Positions 1 to 13,860 of a stretch of 64,000 bases of DNA are shown here, piece after piece (positions within the stretch are counted from its first letter, which is position 1; every line of letters starts with the position of its first letter). Below the pieces are notes generated by a model that did not search any database, had not been told where the DNA came from, and saw only the letters and a list, made by a program, of their open reading frames with translations. The translations under genes and the position numbers were made by a program. The stretch comes from Candidatus Omnitrophota bacterium (lineage in GTDB: Bacteria > Omnitrophota > Gorgyraeia > Gorgyraeales > Gorgyraeaceae). The stretch is from positions 20,126 through 84,125 of the forward strand of contig JBDRJN010000032.1 in NCBI GenBank assembly GCA_043814965.1, given 5' to 3'.

Positions 1-1249
1 TATCATTTGTCTCTGCTGATCTAGCCTGGTCAGCATCTTTTTGCGTCACATCCTGCTTTAATTCTTTTTCAGCTCCTATACTTACAGTATCAGTGACCTT
101 GTATTCGCTTCCTATGATCTGTTTATTGGTCAGTTCTTCTTTTTCATTCTTAGACTGCTCTATGGCATAGTTTATTTCTGTCTTATTCAATATCTCTTTT
201 TTTATAGACACTCCCTTGGTATCCTTATCGTACTTTAATGATATGTCTTTTAACCCAAGGACTTGAGTGATCTTATTGCCGGACCCAGAAAACACAAAAT
301 AATCTATAAGGTCCTTTGCAACATCAGGAGAGAACTCGCCTTTTGCCAGACTCATTTCAGTGCCTTGCCATGTCCTATTGGTAGCAAGCCTTAATAAAAG
401 CCTTTCTTTGGGAAGAGGCGGATCCGATGAAAGCCTTAGATCTGGGTTTTCTATGCTCCCCTTTAACCCTATATTGATCTTTGTGTCTCCTACAGTTGAA
501 GCGCCTTTTAGGTCAAAAGATGGAGTTTTGGGGTCTCCGTTAAAGAATATCTTACTTTTTTGTATATATATAACAGCTGTCTTTGGCCCTGATACTGAAC
601 CTTTGTCAATAGAAAGTCCTCCATACATATTCAACCCGGTCATGACATCAATCAATCCCAGGTCAAAGGATATTTGAGAGTCTACGATAGAAAAACTATT
701 ATTATAGGTAAGACGCCCCAGCTTTAGTCCTCCTGTGATATTCGGCCTGGATAAAGGCCCTTTTAAATAAATGTCTATATTATTTATATTTCCGGAGATA
801 TCTCTGAGTGAATCATTAGAAGTCAATAACTCCTTGATCATTGCCAGATCTAAAGAGCTGGAATATATATTAAAATTTAGATCATTATTTTCGCAGTCCC
901 CATGAAAGATCATTAAACCTATTCCTGGCATATTAAGTTTTCCGTTCTTTATACTAAAAGATATCCCTTCTAAACCAAGAGATTTGATGCGAGCGTCCAA
1001 TCTTCCGATATTAATAGTCGATCCGCCTGGCAGGCCTTTCAGGTCCTTTATCAATATGTTCTCGAAGGATACCTCCTCTGATATACTGCCATCTATCTCG
1101 TCAATACTGATCTCTTCTCCTCCGGAAAACCTGGAAAGGATAAATCTTACCATCATGCTCGAGCCTTGGGTCGTATAAAAAAGAAAATACCCCGAAGAAA
1201 AAATAAAAACGATAGTTATTAAAATTATAATATATATCTTTTTTTGCAT
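1..1249 (-). CDS. TamB/AsmA-like translocation-assembly protein (3' end runs off the window)
   Basis: Manual translation from ATG 1249: MQKKIYIIILITIVFIFSSGYFLFYTT... with an N-terminal anchor, beta-rich body and a 'LRLSSDPPLP' motif typical of TamB C-terminal domains; open to the window edge. Confidence 0.65.
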   Translation of the reverse strand, partial: MQKKIYIIILITIVFIFSSGYFLFYTTQGSSMMVRFILSRFSGGEEISIDEIDGSISEEVSFENILIKDLKGLPGGSTINIGRLDARIKSLGLEGISFSIKNGKLNMPGIGLMIFHGDCENNDLNFNIYSSSLDLAMIKELLTSNDSLRDISGNINNIDIYLKGPLSRPNITGGLKLGRLTYNNSFSIVDSQISFDLGLIDVMTGLNMYGGLSIDKGSVSGPKTAVIYIQKSKIFFNGDPKTPSFDLKGASTVGDTKINIGLKGSIENPDLRLSSDPPLPKERLLLRLATNRTWQGTEMSLAKGEFSPDVAKDLIDYFVFSGSGNKITQVLGLKDISLKYDKDTKGVSIKKEILNKTEINYAIEQSKNEKEELTNKQIIGSEYKVTDTVSIGAEKELKQDVTQKDADQARSAETND

Positions 1250-1292
1250 ATTATGCCGGAAAAATAATTATCATCATTGCAGCGCTTCTACC

Positions 1293-2357
1293 CTAACCTG
1301 AAATAACTTTTTCATACAAAGCAATATAATCCTCCACCATCCTTTTTCTAGAATAGTTCTCTTCTACATGCTTTCTGCAATCTCCTGGGTTTATCTTGTC
1401 TACTTTTTTTATAGCCTCTACCATATCACTTTCTGTATCAACTACAAATCCAGTCTTGCCATCTATTATTACTTCTGGGGCTGCGCCTCTTTTAAGGGCG
1501 ATCACAGGGGTCCCGCATGCCATAGATTCTATCATAACTAGCCCGAAAGGCTCTTCCCATTGGCTGGTAAATAAAGTGCACTTTGCCCTCCTGTATAGAT
1601 CTTCTAGCATATCCCTTGGGAGGTCTTCGTGAAGTTTTAATATCAGGCCTTTTGGAAAATTATCTATAAGGGGTTTTATCTCTTTTCTAAAAAAATCTTT
1701 TTCGAATTCCTCGCTCATCTTGACAGCCATGACCAGGTTTACATTTGCCTTGTCCGCAACACGTATTGCCATTTCAAGGCCCTTTTCCCAGTTTACACGG
1801 CCTACAAAAAGAAAGAAATCTTCCTTTATCTCACTGCAATCTACAGCATTAACATCTATAGAATTATGTACAGTGCCTATAAAATTAATATGGCTATTAA
1901 GCATAAGGTGGTTTTTCTTTTGGTTCTCTGATATAGAGACAAAATAATGGGATTTGTCTTTTGATAATTCTACGCATTTATTTATAGTAGCCTCATTTGC
2001 CGGGCCGTGTAAAGTATGTATAACTGGTATCTCGATATTGCTTGGCCGCTTGGAAAGCATATGATTGTGTATTATGTCTACTTTTTCATGAGCTGCCATG
2101 CTGTAAGTATATTTACTGGCTAGTTCCCCTACGAATAATTTTTCTCTCAAGGTAGATTCTAGGCCTAATTTGAGTTCGGTTTCTTCAAGATATGGGAAGA
2201 GCCGTGAAGAGACCTTTGAGTCTCTTGGCGCAAATAATAAGACATCGTGCCCCAAAGATACCAGGCCTTCTGCAAGATTATATACAACTAATTCTATACC
2301 GCCATAACGCAGCGGGGGAACAGGTATCCATGGAGGCGCCATAATAGCTATCTTCAT
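1293..2357 (-). CDS. Glycosyltransferase family 4
   Basis: N-terminal 'PVPPLRYGGIE' and C-terminal 'EPFGLVMIESMACGTPVIA' GT-B motif. Confidence 0.92.
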   Translation of the reverse strand: MKIAIMAPPWIPVPPLRYGGIELVVYNLAEGLVSLGHDVLLFAPRDSKVSSRLFPYLEETELKLGLESTLREKLFVGELASKYTYSMAAHEKVDIIHNHMLSKRPSNIEIPVIHTLHGPANEATINKCVELSKDKSHYFVSISENQKKNHLMLNSHINFIGTVHNSIDVNAVDCSEIKEDFFLFVGRVNWEKGLEMAIRVADKANVNLVMAVKMSEEFEKDFFRKEIKPLIDNFPKGLILKLHEDLPRDMLEDLYRRAKCTLFTSQWEEPFGLVMIESMACGTPVIALKRGAAPEVIIDGKTGFVVDTESDMVEAIKKVDKINPGDCRKHVEENYSRKRMVEDYIALYEKVISG

Positions 2358-2362
2358 AATAT

Positions 2363-2926
2363 TTACATATTCCCTATTTTACTGATCAAGTTTCTTCTTC
2401 CAGTATAGCTAAAAGTATCGCTTACTGTACGGATATCCTCTATAGTATAAAATGCCTTTGGATTAAAACGTTTTATAGTATCTACTGCTTTTGGCATGTC
2501 TTGTCTTTTTAGAATAGTATAGATAATATTTACTTTTCCAGACACACCCTGTCCATCAACACTTGTCACTCCATACCCCTGGTCTTTTAAAAATTCGACT
2601 AGCTGTGTCGCGTCTTTACGGGTGATGACCCTTATTACTTGAATACCTATCGCGAGTTTTTCTTCTATGATCATGCCCACCCATGTACCAGCAGCAAATC
2701 CCCCTGCAAAAGAAATATAACAAGCAATATTAGAAAGATTCAAAAATACCTGCCTTATTGCAAAAAGCCAGATAATTACCTGCACAAAACCCAGGAACGG
2801 CACTATATTTTTCTTGCCTCTTGAGATAAGCAGTATCCTGATCGTATCTAAAGATACATCCGTAACCCTTGCAAAAAATATCAATATGGGTAAGACCACC
2901 CATTGGAATAAAGATGAATCTGACAC
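2363..2926 (-). CDS. DUF2179/UPF0316-type membrane protein
   Basis: 'IFFARVTDVSLDTIR', hydrophobic segments, C-terminal 'GYGVT..DG.G' and 'FNPKAFYTIEDIR'. Confidence 0.85.
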   Translation of the reverse strand: MSDSSLFQWVVLPILIFFARVTDVSLDTIRILLISRGKKNIVPFLGFVQVIIWLFAIRQVFLNLSNIACYISFAGGFAAGTWVGMIIEEKLAIGIQVIRVITRKDATQLVEFLKDQGYGVTSVDGQGVSGKVNIIYTILKRQDMPKAVDTIKRFNPKAFYTIEDIRTVSDTFSYTGRRNLISKIGNM

Positions 2927-2942
2927 TGCGCGCTATCCTTTC

Positions 2943-3614
2943 TTAGAGAAGCTTTTCTCCCCTCAATATATTAGGCAATTGAGATTGGTCTATCCTGATA
3001 CCGCCATCGTGTTCTATTTTTAATGTATAGAGCATCCCTGGTACAAATATGTTCCCGGGCGCTTCTATCTGTGCGTTCTTTATACCTGTCTTTTTTCTTT
3101 TAGCTTCATCCAATGCATATTCCCAAAAACTATTCCAAAGCTTTTCTTCAAAAATATTTTTCGATCCTTCTATACGATAACCATCCGGAACATTGTAATA
3201 ACTTGTTATTTCATACTCCTCGGTGTTTGCTCCATCCAGCATGAACGCCTTTAAAAATATATAGGCGCTCTTGCCCTTCAATCTATCTAAAGATCTTACA
3301 TGTATATCATCAAAACGTATCACTAGCGACTGAAACTGTATGATATTGCCGCTAAAAGTAAAATATTTAGCCTCCAAAGGCTGTCCTTTTGAATCGTATT
3401 CCAAGAATTTTATAGTAGTAAGGTTCTTTTTTTCTTTTTCATCATAATTTACCCCTGTAACTAATACCTCGGCGAGTCTAGAATCAGCCTCCAATCTTGA
3501 AATTATTTGTCTCAATATTCTGTTTTCATTCGTATATCTAAAATACAAAAAACCCCCTAAAAGACATAAACATATAAATATTGATATTAGAATATTTCTT
3601 AATAGGGCTTTCAT
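2943..3614 (-). CDS. Hypothetical membrane-anchored protein
   Basis: 223 aa, N-terminal hydrophobic helix, SD-like GAGG and a sigma70 promoter upstream. Confidence 0.8.
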   Translation of the reverse strand: MKALLRNILISIFICLCLLGGFLYFRYTNENRILRQIISRLEADSRLAEVLVTGVNYDEKEKKNLTTIKFLEYDSKGQPLEAKYFTFSGNIIQFQSLVIRFDDIHVRSLDRLKGKSAYIFLKAFMLDGANTEEYEITSYYNVPDGYRIEGSKNIFEEKLWNSFWEYALDEAKRKKTGIKNAQIEAPGNIFVPGMLYTLKIEHDGGIRIDQSQLPNILRGEKLL

Positions 3615-3666
3615 ATTCCTGTACCTCTTTTCTCAGGGAATCCTTCCTTATGCTGAAACTAATAAC

Positions 3667-3695
3667 ATTATACGAGACTTGTATTTATTAGGCAA
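3667..3695 (-). promoter_or_regulatory. sigma70-type promoter TTGCCT-17-TATAAT for the gene at 3614 and downstream genes
   Basis: Reverse complement reads TTGCCT aataaatacaagtctcg TATAAT. Confidence 0.7.
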
Positions 3696-3760
3696 GAGGT
3701 AAGAAGTTGGGAAATACCTGCGTTAGCAAGGCCACAGAAATAATATGTGGTTAGCTATGG

Positions 3761-6753
<2,993 letters not shown>

Positions 6754-6853
6754 TTAATGAGTATTGAAGTTGCGTAAAATTTATTTTTCGCAACTTCACT
6801 CCTTTCTTTTATTTCTTTTGAAAATGCGAATTATATCCGCCTCAGGCGGATGT

Positions 6854-9800
6854 CTATTTTAAAAAATCTTGTATACTTTTTACATCAAAATCTTCTTTCA
6901 ATACGCTTTCTATGCCATTTACAGCTGCTTGCGCTCCCTGCATAGTAGTTATGCATGGGACCCCATGCATAACTGCTAGATTTCTTATAGGTTTCATATC
7001 TGATTGACTCCTTTGACCAGTAGGAGTATTTATAATAAGCTTTAACTCATTGGTCTCGATCAATTTCAATATATCTTCATCTCCTTCTGAGATCTTGCCA
7101 ACGACCATTACTTTTATGTTGTTGGATGAAAGCGCTTTTCCTGTGCCTGATGTAGCGATTATCTCAAAGCCCATATCAAAAAGCTTTTTTGCAATAAAGA
7201 CTATATTGCGCTTATCACTGTTTTTAACACTTATAAACACTTTTCCTTTTAAAGGAAGCACAACTCCTGCGGCGAGCTGTGATTTATAGAACGCCTTTCC
7301 AAATGTAGAGTCTATCCCCATAACTTCCCCTGTTGACTTCATCTCAGGCCCTAATAATATATCCACGCCTGAAAACCTGGTAAAAGGGAGCACTGATTCC
7401 TTGACAGAGACATGCGTTACTTCCTTTTCTTTTGTGATCCCAAGTTCTTTAAGAGTAAGGCCTGCCATGACCTTTGACGCTATCTTTGCCAGAGGCACGC
7501 CTGTGGATTTACTTACAAAAGGTACTGTACGGGATGCCCTGGGGTTCACTTCCAATACATATACAATATCCCCTTTTACTGCAAACTGTATATTCATAAG
7601 GCCTATCACTTTCAATTCTTTCGAAAGTGAAAGCGCGTGTTTTTTTATCTTATCTATTATATCTTTTCCTAAAGTATAAGGCGGAAGGACACATGCTGAA
7701 TCCCCCGAATGCACACCTGCTTCTTCTATGTGTTCCATTATACCGCCTATTATCGTATCTTTTCCATCCGAGATACAATCCACGTCCACTTCTATCGCGT
7801 CTTCCAAAAATTTATCTATAAGGATCGGGCCTTCTTCTGAAGCCTCTTGAGCTTCTATGATGAATTCCTTTAAAGATTCTTCATCATAGACTATCTTCAT
7901 GGCCCTTCCGCCTAATACATAGCTAGGCCTTACAAGCACTGGATAGCCTATTTGGGATGCTATTTTTATCGCCTCATCTTGTGATGTAGCAGAACCATTT
8001 GGCGGTTGAGCGATCTTTAATTTTTTAAGAATGGCTGCGAACTTATCCCTGTTTTCAGCATCATCTATCGACTTTACGCTTGTACCGATAATAGGGGCGC
8101 CTGCTTTTTCAAGCTTATGGGCCAGATTCAAAGGGGTCTGGCCTCCGAATTGAACTATCACGCCGTCTGGTTTTTCCTTATCAATAATATTCATAACATC
8201 TTCGAATGTCAGGGGCTCAAAATATAACTTATCAGATGTATCATAGTCGGTCGAGACCGTCTCAGGATTTGAATTTACCATGATAGTCTCATATCCTAAT
8301 TCTTTTAATGCAAAAGAAGCGTGGCAACAACAGTAGTCAAATTCTATGCCCTGGCCTATCCTATTAGGCCCCCCGCCAAGTATCATTATCTTTTTCTTAT
8401 CTGATACCCTTGCTTCACATTCACTTTCGTAGGTTGAATAATAATAAGGCGTGTATGCTTCAAATTCTGCCGCGCAAGTATCGACAAGCTTAAATGTAGC
8501 GATGATACTTTCCTTTTTTCTCAAATTTCTTATCTCTTCTTCTCTGACTCCAGCCATATTGGCAAGCTGAGCATCGCTAAAACCATTTTCTTTTGCTAAT
8601 CTTAAGGTTTCTTTGGTAAATTTTCCTGACTTTTTAAGTTCAGTCTCAAGATTTCTTTCTATCTCGACAAGTTCTTCTATGTTCGCTATAAACCATGGGT
8701 CGATCCCTGTATACTTACAGATCTCTTCAAGCGTATAACCTTTCTGGAGCGCGTATTTTATATAAAAGATCCTTGATGCGTTCGGTTCGCTAAGCCTATG
8801 CTCTATCTTTTCGGCTGATATATCTTTATAATCCAGTTTATTATCTAACCCGACATGGCTTATCTCAAGGCCTCTTAGAGCCTTTTGTAAAGATTCCTTG
8901 AATGTCCTGCCTATTGCCATAGTCTCTCCGACTGATTTCATCTGTATCCCAAGGATATCTTTTGCTTCAGGGAATTTTTCGAATGTAAACCTAGGGACCT
9001 TTACTACGCAGTAATCTATCGCAGGCTCAAAACTAGCTGGCGTTTCTTTCGTAATATCATTTTGTATCTCGTCAAGCGTATAGCCTACTGCTAATTTTGC
9101 AGCGAATTTTGCGATAGGAAAACCTGTTGCCTTGCTTGCAAGAGCTGATGAGCGGGAGACCCTCGGGTTCATCTCTATAACTACCATCCTGCCGTCTTTA
9201 GGATCGACCGCAAATTGTATATTAGAGCCTCCCGTTTCGACCCCTATTTCTCTAATTATGGCAATAGAGGCATCCCTCATCTTCTGGTATTCCCTATCAG
9301 TCAAAGTCTGCTGAGGAGCGACTGTTATAGAATCTCCCGTATGGATACCCATTGGGTCAAAATTCTCTATAGAACAGACTATCACCACATTGTCCCTTTT
9401 ATCCCTCATGACTTCGAGCTCATACTCTTTCCATCCCAGTATAGACTCTTCTATCAAGATCTCGTTTATCATTGAACTCTTTAGCCCTAGAGAAACTATT
9501 TTTTCAAACTCTTCCTTTGTCCTGGCGAACCCACCGCCAGTCCCTCCCAGAGTAAAGCTAGGCCTTATTATAAGAGGAAGCCCTATCTCTTTCATGACTC
9601 GCCTTGCATCATCCATGTTGTACGCAAGCCCGCTTTTTGGAAGGTCCAAACCTATCTTTATCATTGCTTTTTTAAAACATTCTCTATCTTCAGCCTTTTT
9701 GATCACCTCGTAATCAGCCCCTATCATCTCTACATTATATTTTTTAAGCACTCCGTCCTCTACCAGCTTCATCGCAGTATTGAGCCCTGTCTGGCCGCCC

Positions 9801-10069
9801 AAAGTAGGAAGAAGCGCATCTGGCCTTTCCTTTGCTATTATCTTCTCCACTACACGTGGTGTAATAGGCTCTATATAAATATAAGGCGCTGTCTCTGGAT
9901 CTGTCATTATAGTGGCTGGGTTCGAATTGATAAGGACCACCTCATAACCTTCTTCTTTTAAGGCCTTGCAAGCCTGAGTACCGGAATAATCAAATTCACA
10001 AGCCTGGCCTATTATTATAGGCCCTGATCCAATTATTAATATTTTCTTTATATCAGTTCTTTTTGGCAT
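6854..10069 (-). CDS. carB: Carbamoyl-phosphate synthase large subunit
   Basis: '[30 protein letters not shown]', duplicated ATP-grasp domains, 1071 aa. Confidence 0.99.
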   Translation of the reverse strand: MPKRTDIKKILIIGSGPIIIGQACEFDYSGTQACKALKEEGYEVVLINSNPATIMTDPETAPYIYIEPITPRVVEKIIAKERPDALLPTLGGQTGLNTAMKLVEDGVLKKYNVEMIGADYEVIKKAEDRECFKKAMIKIGLDLPKSGLAYNMDDARRVMKEIGLPLIIRPSFTLGGTGGGFARTKEEFEKIVSLGLKSSMINEILIEESILGWKEYELEVMRDKRDNVVIVCSIENFDPMGIHTGDSITVAPQQTLTDREYQKMRDASIAIIREIGVETGGSNIQFAVDPKDGRMVVIEMNPRVSRSSALASKATGFPIAKFAAKLAVGYTLDEIQNDITKETPASFEPAIDYCVVKVPRFTFEKFPEAKDILGIQMKSVGETMAIGRTFKESLQKALRGLEISHVGLDNKLDYKDISAEKIEHRLSEPNASRIFYIKYALQKGYTLEEICKYTGIDPWFIANIEELVEIERNLETELKKSGKFTKETLRLAKENGFSDAQLANMAGVREEEIRNLRKKESIIATFKLVDTCAAEFEAYTPYYYSTYESECEARVSDKKKIMILGGGPNRIGQGIEFDYCCCHASFALKELGYETIMVNSNPETVSTDYDTSDKLYFEPLTFEDVMNIIDKEKPDGVIVQFGGQTPLNLAHKLEKAGAPIIGTSVKSIDDAENRDKFAAILKKLKIAQPPNGSATSQDEAIKIASQIGYPVLVRPSYVLGGRAMKIVYDEESLKEFIIEAQEASEEGPILIDKFLEDAIEVDVDCISDGKDTIIGGIMEHIEEAGVHSGDSACVLPPYTLGKDIIDKIKKHALSLSKELKVIGLMNIQFAVKGDIVYVLEVNPRASRTVPFVSKSTGVPLAKIASKVMAGLTLKELGITKEKEVTHVSVKESVLPFTRFSGVDILLGPEMKSTGEVMGIDSTFGKAFYKSQLAAGVVLPLKGKVFISVKNSDKRNIVFIAKKLFDMGFEIIATSGTGKALSSNNIKVMVVGKISEGDEDILKLIETNELKLIINTPTGQRSQSDMKPIRNLAVMHGVPCITTMQGAQAAVNGIESVLKEDFDVKSIQDFLK

Positions 10070-10178
10070 ATCGTACCTTTAGTATGTCTGACAGGCAATC
10101 TAAATTGTAATGCGGGAGAATAAGGTGCACAAAATAAAGATGCTTTTTTCAGGACTCCCGGCCTGTCAGAAATAATCA

Positions 10179-11252
10179 CTACTGATCTATCATACTAATA
10201 AAATCATCAAATAAATACTCTGCGTCATGAGGGCCTGGGCCATGTTCAGGGTGAAACTGCACGCTGAACATAGGGTGTTTTTTATGGCGCATGCCTTCAA
10301 GCGTGTTATCATTAAGATTTATATGGGTTATATCTATATCTTCTTTATTCAATGAATCTATATCTACGCAAAATCCATGGTTCTGGCTCGTAATAACTAC
10401 TTTACCGCTTCTTATATCCTTTACAGGATGATTACCTCCATGATGGCCGAACTTCAGCTTATATGTCCTGCCTCCTAGGGCGATCCCAAGCATCTGGTGC
10501 CCCAAACAGATACCAAAAATAGGCACTTTACCTAAAATGTTTTTCAGTGTTTCTATCTCATATGTAACTGCTTCCGGATCTCCCGGGCCATTAGAAACCA
10601 ATACACCATCCGGCTTATGGCCCAAGATCTCTTTTGCGGATGAAACAGCAGGTACTACTATTACTTTGCAGTCTCTTTTTTCTAAGTTTCTTAAGATATT
10701 AAATTTTACACCAGAATCGATCACAACTATCTTTCTTGAGCCTTTATCACTCCATATAAAAGGCTCTTTATGCACAACCTCTTTTACAAGGTCTACACCT
10801 ACCAGGCCTAAGGAAGATCTCGCTTTTTTAACAAGGCTTTCATCATCCAGGTCTTCTGTTGATAATACTGCTTTCATCGCGCCCTTAAGCCTAATATGCC
10901 TGGTAAGGGCTCTCGTATCAATGCCTTGTATCCCTATAATATTATGTTCTTTTAAGTATTCGTCCAAAGGCTTCTTGGCTCTAAAATTACTGACTACCCT
11001 ACTAAGCTCTTTTATAACAAAACCTTCTAAAAAGATACCTCTTGATTCATTGTCTTCATCGTTTATTCCGTAATTACCTATCAATGGATAAGTCATAGTA
11101 ACTATCTGGCCTTTATAGGATGGGTCTGTCAATATCTCCTGGTAGCCCGAGAGAGATGTATTAAAAACCACTTCTCCTGTTCTCTCTCCGCGCGCACCAA
11201 AAGAGCGACCTTCAAATACCTTTCCGTCTTCAAGCGCTAATTTTATATTCAT
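10179..11252 (-). CDS. carA: Carbamoyl-phosphate synthase small subunit (likely start ATG 11252)
   Basis: 'LALEDG', 'GEVVFNT', 'SNGPGDP', 'GICLGHQ', 'QFHPE'. Confidence 0.98.
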   Translation of the reverse strand: MNIKLALEDGKVFEGRSFGARGERTGEVVFNTSLSGYQEILTDPSYKGQIVTMTYPLIGNYGINDEDNESRGIFLEGFVIKELSRVVSNFRAKKPLDEYLKEHNIIGIQGIDTRALTRHIRLKGAMKAVLSTEDLDDESLVKKARSSLGLVGVDLVKEVVHKEPFIWSDKGSRKIVVIDSGVKFNILRNLEKRDCKVIVVPAVSSAKEILGHKPDGVLVSNGPGDPEAVTYEIETLKNILGKVPIFGICLGHQMLGIALGGRTYKLKFGHHGGNHPVKDIRSGKVVITSQNHGFCVDIDSLNKEDIDITHINLNDNTLEGMRHKKHPMFSVQFHPEHGPGPHDAEYLFDDFISMIDQ

Positions 11253-11253
11253 T

Positions 11254-13839
11254 TCAAGGCCTTTTCGATTCTTGGAAACATATAAGTCTTTGTGATACAA
11301 CATCTGACATGATCCTTAATTTTTTATCCTCTACATCATATACACTTACGACACCTTCATACTTTATGGATCCCGGCATAAGTCTTTTAAAAGAGTCTTC
11401 CAGCTGCTTAAACCATTCATTATTCAACGAGACGTCTTTCTTTTCCGGAAAGAGAGCAATATAAAATATATTTGTCTCCACTAAATCCTGGAAAAAGTGT
11501 GTCCCAAAAGATAACTCTGGCATCAGATTGCCAGCTGAAAAAGCGATCTCTGCTAGAACTGTTACATTATTTATCTCGGCAAATTTTACTGGTACGCCCA
11601 AAGACGGGGTCGTAGTGCCCCATCTCCCAGGCCCCATCAGAAGAGTAGGCAGCGTAAGCCTATCTTCGATGCTCCTGTTAAGATTTCCCACTATGCGCGC
11701 GATCTCATATTTGTCTGACAACGTAAGTTTACTATATCCTTCAGGATCAACATATATTATCCTTTTTATACATTGCGAGATGTTTCCCCCTAGAAAATAC
11801 CCTTGCGATCTAAAGAATATATCTTCTTCCTTTATAGCCTCTGGTATCTCGACTTTATTACTCAATCCCCATGTCTGTAGAGGCCTGCACTGCAATAGAT
11901 TTACCTTGAACGTACCATCATTTGTAAAATTTACTGTGAATTCTATTTCAACAGGATAATTATAGCTTTCTTCGAGCGCCCTCAATATCTTCCTAAAAGA
12001 ACCCGCTATCTTATTATCTTTAAACACATTATCAAGTGTCAAGATCCAGTATTCTTTTTCTTTCATGGAGCTTTCTTTCATCATTCGCATGGCTTCATAG
12101 TCTTTCACTGCCATACGGTCCAGGCCCATATATATATTTTTATCTACGAGGTCTCCAAAAGCAATAGTCTGGAATGCGTTTTCTTTTGTATTTATAATAT
12201 CGACTTCGTGCTGTGAAAATTTTCTTAGGTCATCTTTTTCCGCATATGGCCTTTTCAAAGGATCATCAAGCACGACCATCCTAGGATAATCGCCTTCAAC
12301 GCGGTTAACCGCCCTTGTTCCAAGACCGAACACCAGCCTAAGCATACCAGCTTTTGGGTCCATGCTCTCATTCCAAACATATGTATTGTGGGATATGCCG
12401 ACCCCTGCAAGATCAGGAAAAAAATAATATTTATGATGCGCTCCTGAAACCCTCTGCACCAAGAGCGCCATCTGTTCATCTAGCTTATCAAGCCCTCTTT
12501 GTTTTCTATACACAAGCGCGTCTTCGCTCATAGTGCTTGCATATATCCTCTTTACAGCATCCGCAAATTGAAGATACCTTTGTTCAGGCGTACCTTGATT
12601 TGCTAAAAATATACTTTCGTATTTTCCGGCAAATGCATTACCAAACCCATCTTCCAGGAGAGAGCTTGAACGTATTATAATAGGTGATGACCCAAAATAT
12701 TCTATGATCTGCTGGAAATGCTCCATTATATTCTCTGAGAACACCCCGTAAAGCATCTTGTCTTTCAATAGCTTCGCTGTCTTGTAATATCCTTCTTCTG
12801 TCTTTTGCTGCATGCGTAATTTCCACAATTTGTTCTCGACAATATATGAATAAAAGATATCGGATCCTATATAAAATGAGTCGTGCGGCTCTGAGAGGTT
12901 TTTCCAATCAATGGACTTGGCCTTCGATAGGATCTCCCGGGCCAAAAGCATCCCTACTGTCTTACCTCCGACAAAACCTGTTCCTATCAGCCGTGATTTT
13001 ATATCTATGATCTTCTCCAGAGAAAAATTTCGCACTGCTAGGGACAGGATCTTCTTGTTTTTTGTGATCATTATGCTGCATAATTTTTTTATGGTGCTAT
13101 TTATCTTTTCTTTTGAAGCACCGTTCCTGGCCAATCCTTCTGCCTCCAGGAACAGGCGGTCCCAGTAATCAAGGTTCCTCTTTGCGCTTTCTGCTCCTTT
13201 TTCTCGGATATATGAAAGTATTTTTACAGCATTAACGCTGTCAGCGATAGGAATATATTTATTTTTATTTCTTTGATGAGGGAGGAACATCGTAGGCGAA
13301 TATCTGTTCCATACTTTCAATGGATGTATATAAGAGCTCCCCTCGCAATGATACACATCCATAAGTAATTGTGTTGTCTCGCGTATACACGCTATAGATT
13401 TAAAAGAATGGTTGTTGCGCAATATAGAAAAATATGTAACGGTCTTGAGTTCATAAAGATAAGGGCATGTCACCATGAAAAAATTTCCTATCATAAGGTC
13501 AGTAGCCCATGCCAAAAGAAGCTCTGACAGGCAATCAAATACATAATATGCCCCTTCGCCTTCCTGTGTAATAATATTGTTTATTTTAGTAGTAAAAGAC
13601 TCGAATCCCGCATAAGCATTGAGCTCATAACGCTTAATACCCTTTGAAGGCTTGAGCAATTCCTTATGAGAAGCAAACCTCATATATATAATGTTCTTTT
13701 TATCTTTTAGGGCTTGATCTACAAAAGGCTTTGCAAGATCAATATAGTCTTTTATATCATCTATCTGCCAGACTACATTGTCTCCTGTCTTAAGCCCTGT
13801 TATTACATCATCCAGACCCTTGATGCCAGTACTTATCAT
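11254..13839 (-). CDS. PEP/pyruvate-binding (PPDK_N ATP-grasp) domain protein with a degenerate KaiC/RecA-like N-terminus
   Basis: 'IRSSSLLEDGFGNAFAGKYES', 'GLGTRAV', 'LLQCRP' ATP-grasp motifs; N-terminal 'ISTGIKGLDDVITGL'; no recognisable PEP-binding barrel. Confidence 0.8.
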   Translation of the reverse strand: MISTGIKGLDDVITGLKTGDNVVWQIDDIKDYIDLAKPFVDQALKDKKNIIYMRFASHKELLKPSKGIKRYELNAYAGFESFTTKINNIITQEGEGAYYVFDCLSELLLAWATDLMIGNFFMVTCPYLYELKTVTYFSILRNNHSFKSIACIRETTQLLMDVYHCEGSSYIHPLKVWNRYSPTMFLPHQRNKNKYIPIADSVNAVKILSYIREKGAESAKRNLDYWDRLFLEAEGLARNGASKEKINSTIKKLCSIMITKNKKILSLAVRNFSLEKIIDIKSRLIGTGFVGGKTVGMLLAREILSKAKSIDWKNLSEPHDSFYIGSDIFYSYIVENKLWKLRMQQKTEEGYYKTAKLLKDKMLYGVFSENIMEHFQQIIEYFGSSPIIIRSSSLLEDGFGNAFAGKYESIFLANQGTPEQRYLQFADAVKRIYASTMSEDALVYRKQRGLDKLDEQMALLVQRVSGAHHKYYFFPDLAGVGISHNTYVWNESMDPKAGMLRLVFGLGTRAVNRVEGDYPRMVVLDDPLKRPYAEKDDLRKFSQHEVDIINTKENAFQTIAFGDLVDKNIYMGLDRMAVKDYEAMRMMKESSMKEKEYWILTLDNVFKDNKIAGSFRKILRALEESYNYPVEIEFTVNFTNDGTFKVNLLQCRPLQTWGLSNKVEIPEAIKEEDIFFRSQGYFLGGNISQCIKRIIYVDPEGYSKLTLSDKYEIARIVGNLNRSIEDRLTLPTLLMGPGRWGTTTPSLGVPVKFAEINNVTVLAEIAFSAGNLMPELSFGTHFFQDLVETNIFYIALFPEKKDVSLNNEWFKQLEDSFKRLMPGSIKYEGVVSVYDVEDKKLRIMSDVVSQRLICFQESKRP

Positions 13840-13860
13840 TTTAAAGACCCCTCGTATAGA

